NCBI RefSeq assembly: GCF_964204645.1 | Contig: NC_134028.1 | Coordinates: forward strand, 1,488,001 to 1,552,000 | Source: Tubulanus polymorphus | Lineage: Eukaryota > Animalia > Nemertea | DNA length: 64,000 nucleotides | Direction: 5' to 3' | Shown: positions 12,601-27,600 of the stretch, piece after piece | How positions within the stretch are numbered: position 1 is the stretch's first letter | Layout of the letters: each line of letters opens with the position of its first letter | Program-made: the position numbers and the translations under genes | Notes under the pieces: model-generated | Database searches by the model: none | What the model saw: the letters and a program-made list of their open reading frames with translations, nothing else | What the model was told of the DNA's origin: nothing

Positions 12601-15600
12601 TCAATAACGATGATAATATAAACGCATCGCCGAACAAAATAGTTGTACCATATACAATGACCAGAAAATTAGTGAACTCTTAAACTCTTAACGTATATTC
12701 GAATGAAAGAATTTGAAGTCAGAGGTTATTGGATACTTAACGGTTCATTTTGTGGAAATAATGTAGATATGTTGGAAAAAGAAGGCGATAAGACTTAACT
12801 AACCTATGCAGGTCCGGTTATCAGCGCCAAGATCAAAACCTTGGTAACAGCTACAGTTAAATCCACCGACAACGTTATTACACAGTTGACTGCAATTGTT
12901 CAGACGCGTGATTTCACATTCATCGATGTCTGTAACGATCAAAGAGTGTCAATCAGATTTACATTACGGATATCATTAAGAAGACACTTCTATTTTCCTT
13001 CATTATAATCATGATTAATGTTCTGACCAGATATGTTTGTAAGAATTTATGGAAAAATAGAATAAGACCACTATGCATGTTAAACAATGAGAACAGCTTA
13101 TTATTTACCCTCGCAATGAGTTCCGTTTCCGTAGTAGCCACTTTTACATTCACATTTATATGATCCAGGAATATTAACGCATGTAGCATCGCGATGACAA
13201 TCATTCAGTCGATCTAATCCACATTCGTTAACATCTATGAAAACAGAAACAAAATAAATCATCGCTACTTATTCTGTAGAATTAACAAGATTAATAAAAT
13301 CTGTTATCTGAATTTCAGTTTGAAATGGTCAAACAGAGAAAATATAGTTAAAGCATTTTACCATCAAAACGAAACACGTACCGATGCATTTTCCAGCTAG
13401 ATTCCTACTTCTTCCAGGCAAACAGTCACACGCGTATGCCCCAATAGTATTTCGGCATTTCTCTATATCAGTACAGTTATGGGTTCCAGTTTCGCATTCG
13501 TCGAAATCTGTGGCCGAAATATAGAAAATATGCACATAATTAGCAGTTGCTTTTATCTGTGATCTCTTAATTCAAAGATGTACAAACTTATTTGACACCA
13601 AAATCAAATGCTAAACAGCGAATTCTCAAGCGGCTGACCTTGTTGCCTAGTCGTCGTTCCTATATGTGATAAATAAATGCCGAAGTTTTCAAGTGAAGAG
13701 GAACTGACTTACCCACACACAAACTCTTATTGAGAGCTGATACGATTTTCCCCGGTGACGTGCACTCGCAGCGATAACCGAATTCAACATTGTGACAATT
13801 TTCTTCACAAATATTTGGCGTCTCAACACATTCATCAATATCTATAGAAAAAATATGTTTTTTTGCGATCTCTTTTTTACGGAATCCCTTTCTGACGTGG
13901 TTTTATACAAACGTACGTACCATAACACTTTATCCCATCGCCACGATGACTATCAGGGCACTGGCCACACTTAGCTGTCCCGTTAACTACTGTACAGGAA
14001 ACGCCTTTGAAACACCGTTTCGGTTCTACCATGCAGGGATCTATTTCACAATGTTCTCCACCCCATCCTCCAGCACAGTCACATGTAGCTACATAGAATC
14101 GATCTGAAAATATCAATTGGTGTATTCATTTCAATGGATATATGCTTTTTATCTTTAGATATATACAGTAGACTTCGCTTAAGTCGGATGTTTTGGGATT
14201 GTAAAAATGTTTCGACTTGAGTGATATCCGAGTTGAATGTTATGTATTTCATATATAGTGTCACAAAAAATGTTTGAAAATACATCTGAGTTGAACAGTA
14301 ATCGCCGAGTTGATCAGATAAGACTTGGGCGGAGTCTAGTGAAAAAAACATTGTTTTCGTATTGTAATGCATATAGCAGACCTGGTCGAGTTTCACGGTT
14401 AGAATTGCCATAATCGCACGTTCCATTGTTGCGGCAGTCACAGTATTTGATTTCCGGTTGATAGGTCGAGGAAGCGCCCAGGTTATCAATGGCCACCACG
14501 TCTATCGTTATCGGTACGTCGTTAGTTTTCAATATCGTCAGCTCGTTGTTCTTCAAAGTCACCTCCGATGTGACATTTCCGTCGAGTATTAACGATATCG
14601 ACTGATTTTCATTCGGATCAGTCACCTCTAATTGAATAGTTACTGTTACATTCGGCTTTAATTCGATCACCTTAAGCGTCGTATTTTTGAAGGTCGGAGG
14701 GAAATTTCCTGTTCCAACAAAAGAAAATACATGAATATGATTGTAATCGGTGTATTACGTATTTATACAACGTCTTCAAATTACCCAGTTCCTCCATTTG
14801 TTTCTGGAAATTATTTTCGGATGATGAGGCGGAACTACCAGCTTTTGGCGAAGCCATTTGTGCCGAGTCGTACATACATGCCATGTAGTTAGAACTACCC
14901 GTACAAGTCTATATAGAATACAGTAAAAAGTAACAGATACTCATCGTCTACTTAAACCTTTGAATGATGTTGATAATGTGAAGTGAGTTCGGTAATATTT
15001 TCAATCAAATGGTTGCTTACAGCGTTAGATGAACGAAGTAATTCGCTGTTGTTGTGAAATAATTCTAGAAGTTTATCTTCATATTCATCCAGGAAAAGCG
15101 GTTTGAAGTTGGCATCATAATATTCGTCAAATGCCTTTGGCAAATCAGTAAATAATGAATCAGAAATTTGTTTTATACGCCCTGAAATGTATAAAATATG
15201 CAGTTTTTCAAGTTCTTTTATTCTTGTAGTCCTGAATACAAAGGCTAAGAAGTGGAAGATGTAACTGTACGTACAAGAGGTACCGAAATCGAATAGTTGT
15301 CTTTCAGTACTGGAAGCTGGCAATGTTTGCCCGTCTGATTTTCTAAAATCATCGGCCTTATCTCCATTCCAGAAGCCGAGGAGACCTCGCACATGACCCT
15401 GGTACTGACGAGGTGCGCTTACACCTATTGTCAACAGTTTGTAGCCAAGAATCACCTAGGTTTCAAAGAAACATTAGGAGTTAGTTGTAATAGTTGTGAC
15501 GTAACGGTCAGGCTCCGGTTAGCTGGCTTTCTTTTTACACATTTTTGGTAAACTGCAACTACTTTACATACCTCAACAGAAAAACCATTCTCAAAAGCTG

Positions 15601-18600
15601 CTACAATAGTTTCATTCTCAGTTTTTTCCAAGCTGACCTTGTTATAGTCGGTTGAATTGGTAGTCATTTCATCTAGCGTCATTTTTATGGTGGAATTGAT
15701 CGTAACTTCCATACTCATTCGATTCGCAGATAACATTACCTGAATTGTGTCAGAGTCATTCGATTTCATCGCAAAACCCGTAAATATAGTCGCTTCTACT
15801 GTATTATTTCCATCGGTAGATGCCTTCTCTAAAAGTGTCTGTATGACGAATTTAGAATCGGCAACTTTGTTGTCGTTGCCGATATCTGACTGGGTCGTGT
15901 TTGATGTGATGACCAGATCCGCTTGTTTAGGAGACAGATCGAACGTCTCTAGCATTACATACTGACCGATGCCATTGAAAGTATAATGCACGCCATCCAA
16001 AGTTCTGATATGGGGATCTCCGAGGGCCCAGCCTGAAATTATACGGATTACATTCTTAGATGAACACAATTTTCACAGACCTATAATGAACATACGTATG
16101 GGCCTACATGATGTAAATAAAGAGCTTTGAGATTGTTTCTTAATTCAAAGCGTTTTTAAGAAATAAATAACAATTATTATAATTATAATGAGTACATTTT
16201 GTAATGGATATCATTCACTAACCTTCAATTGGCGGCTCGTATTTTTCACAAGTCGTGACACGACGTAATGAATGGTACAAATCACAATTAGAACTCTTGA
16301 TACAACAATCCATTTGAGCTTTTCTATCTCGGCGGTATGAGAATATCATAGATCCGGAGTATGGTGCACTTGTAATCAGTGAAGCTAAAGTTTCATTACC
16401 ATTTATCCATTTATGTAGATAACAACAGGATTCTCGCCTGTAGAAATATCGAATCTTCCTCCTACCGGTATTTTCGCTGTATGAGTCCAGTGCTATAAAT
16501 CTGCTGAACCTACTGATGAAGCAGAATCGATAAGAATAATCTCCTTCCGAGTCTCTTCCCATCCAATACCACGAATACCAAGAGAAACGTCGGTCACGGC
16601 GAGCTTGCCAGAACGAACACGGACACGTATCAGGTGAATCAAACCTCGCCAGTATTTCAGACATTTCTCTTTCATCTTCGTACCATTCATTACAGCGTAC
16701 CGTATACTCGTCGAACCCAGATGTATCAGCGCTTACTTTATACAGCCATTGACCTATCACACCTATAAAGGAATAGTTCTCACATAAGGTATCTTAAGGT
16801 ATGATTTTCATCTTCGGGTATATCACAGAGCATTCATTTTGATCGTGTAGAGAGCTAGATAGGTTGGGCTTGTCATCATAGTAGGCGAGTAGGCACATCT
16901 AAAATCTGAATGCTCAACTGGTTTGGATTATAGAAGTGTTATGTAAGGAAATGGCAGTTCCAAAAATGTAAAAACATAATTGACTCAATCATCAAAGTGT
17001 GATATATGATTATACCTGTGTTACCGGTAACCTTGTCAATATCTAACGCTTCTGGCGTGAGCGACATACTATTCTCGTGATAGACCTCATAACCAGTGTA
17101 TGATTTATCCGCGTAACCGATCGCTATCTGTCTCCAATATTTATCAACGTCCAGATTTATCTGACCAGGCTGATAGTTGAACAGAGAAAACGTGTGGTTT
17201 TTATCGGCGATCAGTATAGTTTGAAACGATGCGTCCTGAAATGACATATTGGTTATAAACCTATGATTTGACGAAATTCGGAACCAAACTTTCAGATTTT
17301 GTTTCATCTTTACAAAAGCCTCAACTGAGTTTCTCAAGGAGTTTTCTGAGTTTTACATATTTCAAAACGTTAAGCTAATGATTACCTGGAGTTACTAAAC
17401 TTAAATATTTTCAGGTTTTCAGGAAAGGCTATCCAAAACGATTGAAAACAAAAAGAAAAATCTATTACCTCAATGTCCTTGTAGTATTCGGAAGGATATG
17501 GAATTCCGTTATTCCAGTTCACGATAAAAACCCACCTTAAAAGAAATAGATGAGAAATATGTCAGAATCATGAATATATTTGCAGTACCGCGTGTCTAAC
17601 TGATCAGAAATATTGCAATCAACATTTATCAGTGCTGAGCAACGACTTGGTGAGCAGAAACATTTGCTCTCATGTCATACATACCTAGGTTCAAAATTCT
17701 TGAAGTCTGACGATTCATCTTGTGACACATCTTGACCGTGGCTCCTCACAATGTTCTGGGCTGCATCGTAAACGGCGTGGTAATCGGGTCGATTCTTGTA
17801 GTAAACATCGCGATACCTTTTGTAATAACTGGAGAAATAGTAAGAGCAATAAGTTACAGTCGAATTCCTGCTGCTGTATGGAAAATCTAAATCGGTCCAG
17901 AACGGCGCCACTAATCCCATCTTCAAGTTAAAATCTTCAAACGATACAGGTTTACTCGTGCCTCTCATACGACGGAGATTGTCCCCAAATACAATGAAGC
18001 CGTTCGTATTGACCTGTGAAATGAGAATAGATACATAGATATTATAGCGATTATGAAATGTACACATAGATAAGCGCAAATTTCTTTACAATTATTGATT
18101 CTTTGTTGATTTTGCAGATTTCTCAAATGAACATATTACAAATGAATATATTACTTTCCCGTTAAAAGACGTATCTTACCCGAAGGTATCTGTGGGTTTT
18201 GTATCCTAGTTTCACCGACGGAACGTAGTAACGCCACGAGAACCTATCATCACCTTTTAGGCGGCGATAGTAGCGACATTCCGGAAATAAGATCTTCTCT
18301 GAAAACAAGAACAACAAATCGTCGTAATCAAGCCTGTTGACATGTAGTAGACTGATGCTTGACATAGTGACTGATTCGGTATTTAGAAGTTAAAAGATAT
18401 ATTTCTTCTATTGGATCCTCTACTACCACTTTGGACAGGTACCATACCCAAGCGACTTCGAGTCAATCAAACCTAGCAGTTACATGACCGCTAGCTGGGT
18501 CAGTTAACTTTCTTTGCGGGCAAACGTTAGCAATAATTGCGGCATCGAGGCCAGTGAAATGAAGTTCTTACTGTTGCAAGTATTCGGGGGTTTTCCATCT

Positions 18601-21600
18601 CCCTCATAGCCAGCTTTACAGGTACATGTGTAGCTCCCTATTGTATTTTGGCACACGGAATTTCCATCGCAGGCGTTTATTCTATCACACTCGTTCACAT
18701 CTGAAGTAATAATAAAGAAAAGTTATTCGGCTAAATGACTACATTATAAGTGAAACTTTCAACATTGGCAGTTCCCTGGCTTTCACTGAGCGGATATGCT
18801 TGAATAGTTATTCGAAGTAATCTCACTTACCTGTACAACTAGTTTCAGGGTCAGAACCGTAGTAACCGTCATTACATCTACATTCATACGACCCAGGTGT
18901 ATTAATACAATGAGCATTTACAGCACATTGGTTCAATGTTGGGTCTGCACATTCATCTCGATCTGCAAAGGCAAATTTCATAGATCGAACTGTTTTGAAT
19001 AGTTTTTCCAGAGACATAAGGCGGTTTCTTGCCATTCATTACTTGTTTTCAAAGTTTTGAATGGCACATATATTATGGTGTAGGTTTAAGGTAACCTATG
19101 CTTGTTATTGGTCTGGACGAAAGGTTTTGGACGACATAAACATCATTCTAAAGGTGGAAGATTAAGCTGTACCAATGAAACGAACATGAAAAAAATCTGT
19201 AGGAGAATGTTAACATTTCGAATCAAATCCTTGCGCCATTTTGAAATAAAAATTGAGTCGAAAGGTCAGAATCCTCAGAAGTTTTTCTTCAATTGTGGAT
19301 TACATCCATCAATTGGATTAGAAAGTGACTTATACACATATATGTATAAAAAAACCAAGTGACCGTTTGTGTCTCAACTTTGTATTCAAATCAACTCGAA
19401 ACCAAGCAGACTCTCGCGAGTCCTGGACTAAACCCCAATGAACAATGTGATCTGTGCGCTGGCCACAAATGCACACAGATCACACTACACTACCCATTAC
19501 ACACTCCATTACCCACAGCTTTCATATATCCATCCAAATATTTAGTGGCTTTCTTCCTGGGTCTTACTCGAGATATAGATGCAAAAACTCACACCATGAC
19601 CATTGCGTAAATCGTAAACTGATTTTTCTAATGTCGAACCATGGACTCTAAAACGTTTAACTCTAATCGTTTTACAGTCCATGAGTGAACCGACTGTTAC
19701 ACTGTCGACCGCCCGAACAATTCTTCATCAAACAACATCATAATGATGCATGATTCCGCCTTACCGTAAACTTTAGTGCTATCGCATTGCACATCATGCC
19801 CATCTAGAAGACATTGGCCGTTGGGCTGACGGACTGCTTTCATGAAAGTCTCTTCTATATCCGACAGCGTAGGTAGCAAAGCCGGATTAACTCTTGTTTC
19901 ATCGAATAACAGCGCCATATGAACCAATACACTTGACTTACTGTAATCAAGATATTCATAGTTGCAAAAACGAATTTCGAGGTTTATTCCGAGTTTGTTA
20001 ATTTGGAATATACTGGTTTTATCTGTTAAAACTAATTTCAAGTTCACTTTATAGAGATGTCCCTAGTACGATTCCCGTAGTATTGGCCCTGAAATATGTT
20101 ATCTCCATTTCCATTTATAAATTATTCACATGAAAATTATAATGAGACAAAAAAGTAAAAAAATCAAAGTGCTGTCAAAAATGGGATGATTTGTTCTTTG
20201 ATACACGTTTTCAGTATACACAAACGATTTAGAATATCTAAATCATTGATAAATTTCACATGAGTCCAAGATGTATATGTAAATCGGATTTCTTATAATG
20301 ATATTACTCTACCTAAACATTGTAACCAAAGCCGCTTCGAAACCTAAAGCTCTCATTTCCGCTTGATAATATGCTTTCACCTAAAAAAAATAATCAATAA
20401 CTTAAGAGAAGGTTTAATCTTCATTATTCAAAACCATTTCTTGATTTGAGATACGTACAGCTTTTTCCAGTTCCAACTTTAACTTGATACTTTCAGTAGT
20501 ATTGAGATTTGCGTATTGGACAATCCACCCCAGATCTAAGGTAAACTGTAGAGTCAATGACGTACGTACTGTAATAAATATCAAATAATAAGAACAGAGC
20601 ATCACTAGAATACAAAATTTATTTGACTAAAACTTGTATAACTTGTACGAGAGGGTTAGTTGAAAAATGTCTATACTGAGGTCAGTATGCTTTTTCAACT
20701 TATCTTGGTGCTGGCTCGAAACGAGTTGTTTCTGAAAGGATTAAAATCCAAAAGGTTTGTACCTTTCTTGCACGAGTTGACACCATCACCGGCGTACATA
20801 TCGCGACATTGACATATCACCCCGAGTTGACTCGATATACAGTTAGCATCACTGTGGCATTGATTACAGTTTCCATGCACTGGAATACATAACAAATATC
20901 ACGAGAATCAATGGTACCAATCTATATGTGAAAACAAACTAATCTTAATTAGGTAATTACTAAAGGGTATCTCATACCTGATTGACTCGTAGTTGACACG
21001 TCAGCTGATGTAGTGGGTCTAACAGTTGATGATGAAGTAGACGAATCCGTCGGTGATGTCGTCTCGGTGCTCGCCGAGCTCGATGCGTCTATCATCGTTG
21101 AGCTGACAGTCAAGGATGAAGTAGACGAATCCGTTGGTGAGGTCGTCTCGGTGCTCACCGAGGTCGATGTGTCTACCGTAGTGGAGGTGTCAATCGAGGA
21201 TGAAGTAGACGAATCCGTTGGTGAGGTCGTCTCGGTGCTCGCCGAGGTCGATGTGTCTACCGTAGTGGAGGTGTCAATCGAGGATGAAGTAGACGAATCC
21301 GTTGGTGAGGTCGTCTCGGTTCTCGCCGAGGTCGATGTGTCTACCGTAGTGGAGGTGACACTAGAGGATGAAGTAGACGAATCCGTTGGTGATGTCGTCT
21401 CGGTGCTCGCCGAGGTCGATGCGTCTACCGTAGTTGAGGTGACACTAGAGGATGAAGTAGACGAATCCGTTGGTGATGTCGTCTCGGTGCTCGCCGAGGT
21501 CGATGCGTCTACCGTAGTTGAGGTGACACTAGAGGATGAAGTAGACGAATCCGTTGGTGATGTCGTCTCGGTTCTCGCCGAGGTCGATGTGTCTACCGTA

Positions 21601-24600
21601 GTTGAGGTGACACTAGAGGATGAAGTAGACGAATCCGTCGGTGAGGTCGTCTCGGTGCTCACCGAGGTCGATGTGTCTACTGTAGTGGAGCTGACACTAA
21701 AGGATGAAGTAGACGAATCCGTCGGTGAGGTCGTCTCGGTGCTTGCGGATGTCGATGTGTCTACCGTAGTGGAGCTGACACTCGAGGACGAAGCAGAATT
21801 TGAGGTATCTACGGTAGTAGTAGTTGCTTCTTCGGTAGTCGTAGAATCAGAATGTGTAACATTAACATCACACATTATAGGCCCGAGTGAACCCAGAGAA
21901 CACCCATTTGCCGATTTGGTGTAGTTGGAAATGGCAGAAGTAATATCATCCATAGATGGAACAATGTTTGAGAATGCTACTTGCATTCCAACTATAACAC
22001 TGCCTTGTCTGAAAAATGAACACACATGCGATGATGATATACGTCTGGTGATACGTCTCATGTATATCTCATTCAGCTGAAATGTATTTTACCGAATGAC
22101 AATTTCAATATAAGACCATTAATGTAACGGTTCAAGGGGATATTTGTACGGTTCAAGGGGGTATTTGTTTCCTTTGCGGTTCTGCGAATAACATACCTCA
22201 ATTCTTTTACAGTTCCTCCGATATAGCTCCACCCTGGGTATGAGTTGAAAATGACGCTAATCTGTAAAATAGAAGTTTTATCATATCATACACAGTTGTT
22301 TCAATTTTGCAATGTTTTAAATTCAAAGAGATGAAATAGAAGTTTAAAATGCATTTTATAATTCGTTTTTTTACCTCGTAAAGTAAGTTTGCGACCATTG
22401 ATTTATGCTTATATGAGTTTGGATCCTGAAGACTCGCCGACCAAGACGATAGAATCGATAATCGAAGATCGAAGATTTCATCGGCTATATAAAGAATTAG
22501 ATATTGAGCAAAAATAAAAATGACAACTTTCTGTGAATGTCGATCTTCGTCAGTAAATAGAGCCAAATTATCGCAACAGACCTTGAGAACACGAGGATAT
22601 ACCGTCTCCGTAGAAAGTAGGTTTGCAAATGCATTGATCGTCACCGTTGCATTGAGCATCTTTGTGGCACATCGAGCATGCTACAACGAAAGTGAAATAA
22701 ACATGCGATCAGTGAGTTTTCAGAGTCAACCCGCAAGCAGCATTACAGCACGTTTAGAGAGATTTTAAAATCATGAAATGAAAGATTATGATCATATACA
22801 AACCAGATACTTGAGAACATGAATCAAGAGGAATAGAAAATGTCGCCTGACTGATATTTGGTATATACATCCGTAGAAGTTTCGGTATTAGTTCAAACAT
22901 CGGGCACGAACTACTTTCACCATTCATAACACAGCCAACGAGTTTACCGCCAAAATTGGTTTTATTTCTTTAATATGGAAATATCAAAATAATTTATGAA
23001 TCACAAAGAAGACAGAGAAAATTACGAGACATTTGGTTAATTCTACTCACAGAAGACGCATTATCGGACAAGTAAGGTTCATGAGGTTCTGTATGGTAGT
23101 AAGCGTTAGCGAAGGGTTCGGTATCGTAGGATTAGTGATCATATTTATGACTGCCGGATCGTTTAGAATATCTGACAGTCCCCTGACGAGATGATATAGC
23201 ATCGGAACGAGTTCTGCCGCTGATGACGATGACATCGTGCAATTGAAGACTTCGATAATTTCTCTCACAAAACACACCCAACGTCCTATATGACGGAAAA
23301 TGTATCGATGATATTTGATAACAGTAGAGTTGATACGGTAAATGACGAAGCCAATTCATAACATGAATTACCTGACCACACCGTATCCGTGCACATATTC
23401 TTGATTAGTTGAGACATTTTGAATTTAGGAGGTACCAGGTAGAAAACACCGTTTGCCTTTGCGCTACACGAGTCGATCGTGTCTATGAGATCCTTTGTAA
23501 AGTAGCTAGAAAAATATTACGCATTGCTGTGAATAATTATGAAACAAATTACATTTTATCAATACACATTGTACTTTTCTTGAAAATAAGGATCGTCGAA
23601 ATGCAGAGGTTAATTTTTCACTGTATTAGCTACCTTTGAGACGATGAACACAGCTCCGATTCAAATTTCTGTGGGTCTGCTATCAATTGTTTCGCGTGGA
23701 ATTTGAAACTAGCAACTTTTCCTCTCATTTTACCCAATATACAAGATAGGAACTTCCGGTTGGCATTCATTAACGACGTTAGGTTTAAATCAGTAACTAC
23801 AATATCAGAATGTACATTATTTAGCCGGTTTAACCATGGATTGGTATTATATATACATGTATATAAAGACCGTTCACCCAGAATTAATTTGCATTTACAG
23901 AAATTAAATCAATTGTAAGTTAGTTTGCTAATGAAGGGGTAGAGAACTTACACATAGTAGGTTCAGGTACAGCCATACACGACATTTCGGTAAATGGTTT
24001 GATAATATCAGGTGTGACCATTTTGAATATTTGAAGCTCTCTAGATGGTATCGGAACGATATCGCTAGTTAAACACGTACTTTCGTTCATCACTTTGTAA
24101 AAGCAGTTTGGTAACTTTGCAGTCATATTGAACAAAGCTACGCTAAAAAGAGTTATGAATGATAACAATTAATTGATCGTGAACTTCAGGGTAAGGATCA
24201 AAATCCATCCGATCGATGTATTATGTATAGTATAACGTACCTCCACGACGAATCACACAGTTGTTTATATGCTTTTACTCCCTCAGCAACTAGTCTCAAC
24301 AATTGCGACGTGTTTGTAGATGGTTTACCAGTAATGATCGACGGTCCTATGATCGATGCAGCATTCGCCGATAGATTCCCGAATTCAACCAAGAAGTTGT
24401 AACCGGCTCGAGGCATGGCGCATTTCAAAACTTTTGGTACAAACTCCCACAAACAATTTAACGAAACATTTGCGTCTACGTGGATATGAAATGGTGAAAA
24501 CGTGATGTTTTACAAGGTATACTTATTTCGTCTATTCTTATCGGTAAAATAAAACGATATGAATAATTTACCTCTTCTGCTGCACCAATTGTTGTATAGT

Positions 24601-27600
24601 GACTTGATCGACCGTATTTCATTGGTTATATTGGCTGAACAATTTCTCACACACGGAATTATACTGTCAAACATGATGAGGATGTCACGTCTTGAAATAG
24701 TTATAGAAATAAAAACGATTCATGATTAGCTAAAAAAACTTCAATTAAACACACTTCACTCCAAATTGTTAAAAAAGGCTTTCATTTATACTGACCTTTT
24801 ATCGGAGCAAAGAGTCCTATTTAAGGTTGCACCGTCGGCAGCTTGTATTATCGGAATTATTGTCTGTACCCAGCCGGAAATACGTCGATTGATACATGAA
24901 ATTGCTCTGCCCATTTCGCAAGGTCCTGTTGCATTTTGTGATTCCGAAAAAGAAACGTAGCAGTCATTACTTTAATTTAGGCATGTATATAATTACCGTT
25001 GTTAAAACGTCATAAGATACATCTCTTTCGATCTCTAATCGCCTAAACACAAAATAGAGACGGATAAAATGGATCTCATACCTGATGTGTCAGGTTGTCC
25101 AGTCATTCCACTAGTAGTTGCGTGAGAAGATGAAGATACCGTTGATGAATCGGTTGGAGATGATTCCGTTGGTGAGGTCATCTCGGTGCTCGCCGAGGTC
25201 GATGTGTCTACCGTAGTTGAGGTGTCAGTCGAGGATGAAGTAGACGAATCCGTTGGTGAGGTCGTCTCGGTGCTCGCCGAGGTCGATGTGTCTACCGTAG
25301 TGGAGCTGACACTCGAGGATGAAGTAGACGAATCCGTTGGTGAGGTCGTTTCGGTGCTCGCCGAGGTCGATGTGTCTACTGTAGTGGAGCTGACACTCGA
25401 GGATGAAGTAGACGAATCCGTTGGTGATGTCGTCTCGGTGCTCGCCGAGGTCGATGTGTCTACCGTAGTGGATGTGTCAGTCGAGGACGAAGTAGACGAA
25501 TCCGTCGGTGAGGTCGTCTCGGTGCTCGCCGAGGTCGATGTGTCTACCGTAGTGGATGTGTCAGTCGAGGACGAAGTAGACGAATCCGTTGGTGATGTCG
25601 TTTCGGTGCTCGCCGAGGTCGATGTGTCTACCGTAGTGGAGCTGACACTAAAGGATGAAGTAGACGAATCCGTCGGTGAGGTCGTCTCGGTGCTCGCCGA
25701 GGTCGATGTGTCTACCGTAGTGGATGTGTCAGTCGAGGACGAAGTAGACGAATCCGTCGGTGAGGTCGTCTCGGTGCTTGCGGATGTCGATGTGTCTACC
25801 GTAGTGGAGCTGACACTCGAGGATGAAGTAGACGAATCCGTCGGTGAGGTCGTCTCGGTGCTCGCCGAGGTCGATGTGTCTACCGTAGTGGAGCTGACAC
25901 TAAAGGATGAAGTAGACGAATCCGTCGGTGAGGTCGTCTCGGTGCTCGCCGAGGTCGATGTGTCTACCGTAGTTGAGGTGACACTAGAGGATGAAGTAGA
26001 CGAATCCGTTGGTGAGGTCGTCTCGGTGCTCACCGAGGTCGATGTGTCTACTGTAGTGGAGCTGACACTAAAGGATGAAGTAGACGAATCCGTCGGTGAG
26101 GTCGTCTCGGTGCTTGCGGATGTCGATGTGTCTACCGTAGTGGAGCTGACACTCGAGGACGAAGCAGAATTTGAAGTATCTACGGTAGTAGTAGTTGCTT
26201 CTTCGGTAGTCGTAGAATCAGAATGTGTAACATTAACATCACACATTATAGGCCCGAGTGAACCCAGAGAACACCCATTTGCCGATTTGGTGTAGTTGGA
26301 AATGGCAGAAGTAATATCATCCATAGATGGAACAATATTTGAGAATGCTACTTCCATTCCAACTATAACACTGCCTTGTCTGAAAAATGAACACACATGC
26401 GATGATGATATACGTCTGGTGATACGTCTAATGTATATCTCATTCAGATGAAATGTATTTTACCGAATGACAATTTCAATATAAGACAATTAATGCAACG
26501 GTTCAATGGGATATTTGTTTCCTTTGCGGTTCTGCGAATAACATACCTCAATTCTTTTACAGTTCCTCCGATATAGCTCCACCCTGGGTATGAGTTGAAA
26601 ATGACGCTAATCTGTAAAATAGAAGTTTTATCATATCATACACAGTTGTTTCAATTTTGCAATGTTTTAAATTCAAAGAGATGAAATAGAAGTTTAAAAT
26701 GCATTTTATAATTCGTTTTTTTACCTCGTAAAGTAAGTTTGCGACCATTGATTTATGCTTATTGGAGTTTGGATCCTGAAGACTCGCCGACCAAGACGAT
26801 AGAATCGATAATTGAAGATCGAAGACTTCATCGGCTATGTATAGAATTAGATATTGAGCAATAAGAAATTTATAACTTTCTGTGAATGTCGATCTTCGTC
26901 AGTAAATAAGGCCAAATTATCGCAACAGACCTTGAGAACACGAAGATATACCGTCTCCGTAGAAAGTAGGTTTGCAAATGCATTGATCGTCACCGTTGCA
27001 TTGAGCATCTTTGTGGCACATCGAGCATGCTACAACGAAAGTGAAATAAACATGCGATAAGTGAGTTTTCAGAGTCAACCCGCAAGCAGCATTACAGCAC
27101 GTTTAGAGAGATTTTAAAATCATGAAATGAAAGATTATGATGATATACAAACCAGATACTTGAGAACATGAATCAAGAGGAATAGAAAATGTCGCCTGAC
27201 TGATATTTGGTATATACATCCGTAGAAGTTTCGGTATTAGTTCAAACATCGGGCACGAACTACTTTCACCATTCATAACACAGCCAACGAGTTTACCGCC
27301 AAAATTGGTTTTATTTCTTTAATATGGAAATATCAAAATAATTTATGAATCACAAAGAAGACAGAGAAAATTACGAGACATTTGGTTAATTCTACTCACA
27401 GAAGACGCATTATCGGACAAGTAAGGTTCATGAGGTTCTGTATGGTAGTAAGCGTTAGCGAAGGGTTCGGTATCGTAGGATTAGTGATCATATTTATGAC
27501 TGCCGGATCGTTTAGAATTTCTGATATTCCCCTGACGAGATGATATAGCATCGGAACGAGTTCTGCCGCTGATGACGATGACATCGTGCAATTGAAGACT

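Noticed and set aside
21013-21924. Long plus-strand Val/Glu/Asp-rich ORFs (also 25186-26295 and 29534-29887)
   Set aside because: Antisense shadows of the Ser/Thr VNTR exons: one stop-free 84-bp unit is simply repeated. They have non-ATG starts and no independent evidence of being genes.
22207-22659. [18 protein letters not shown]...
   Set aside because: Wrong frame for its first part; the real exon encodes an EGF domain ([32 protein letters not shown]), followed by separate SEA exons.
23285-23372. Apparent frameshift in copies A and B relative to the 123-aa ORF in copy C (possible pseudogenisation)
   Set aside because: The 1-bp indel lies inside a small GT-AG intron (donor CAG|GTAATT, acceptor ATAG|GACGTTGG, also used in block D), so the coding frame is unaffected.
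21030-26160. Regularly spaced repeats as a CRISPR array
   Set aside because: No unique spacers; coding tandem repeats in a eukaryotic exon; no cas genes.
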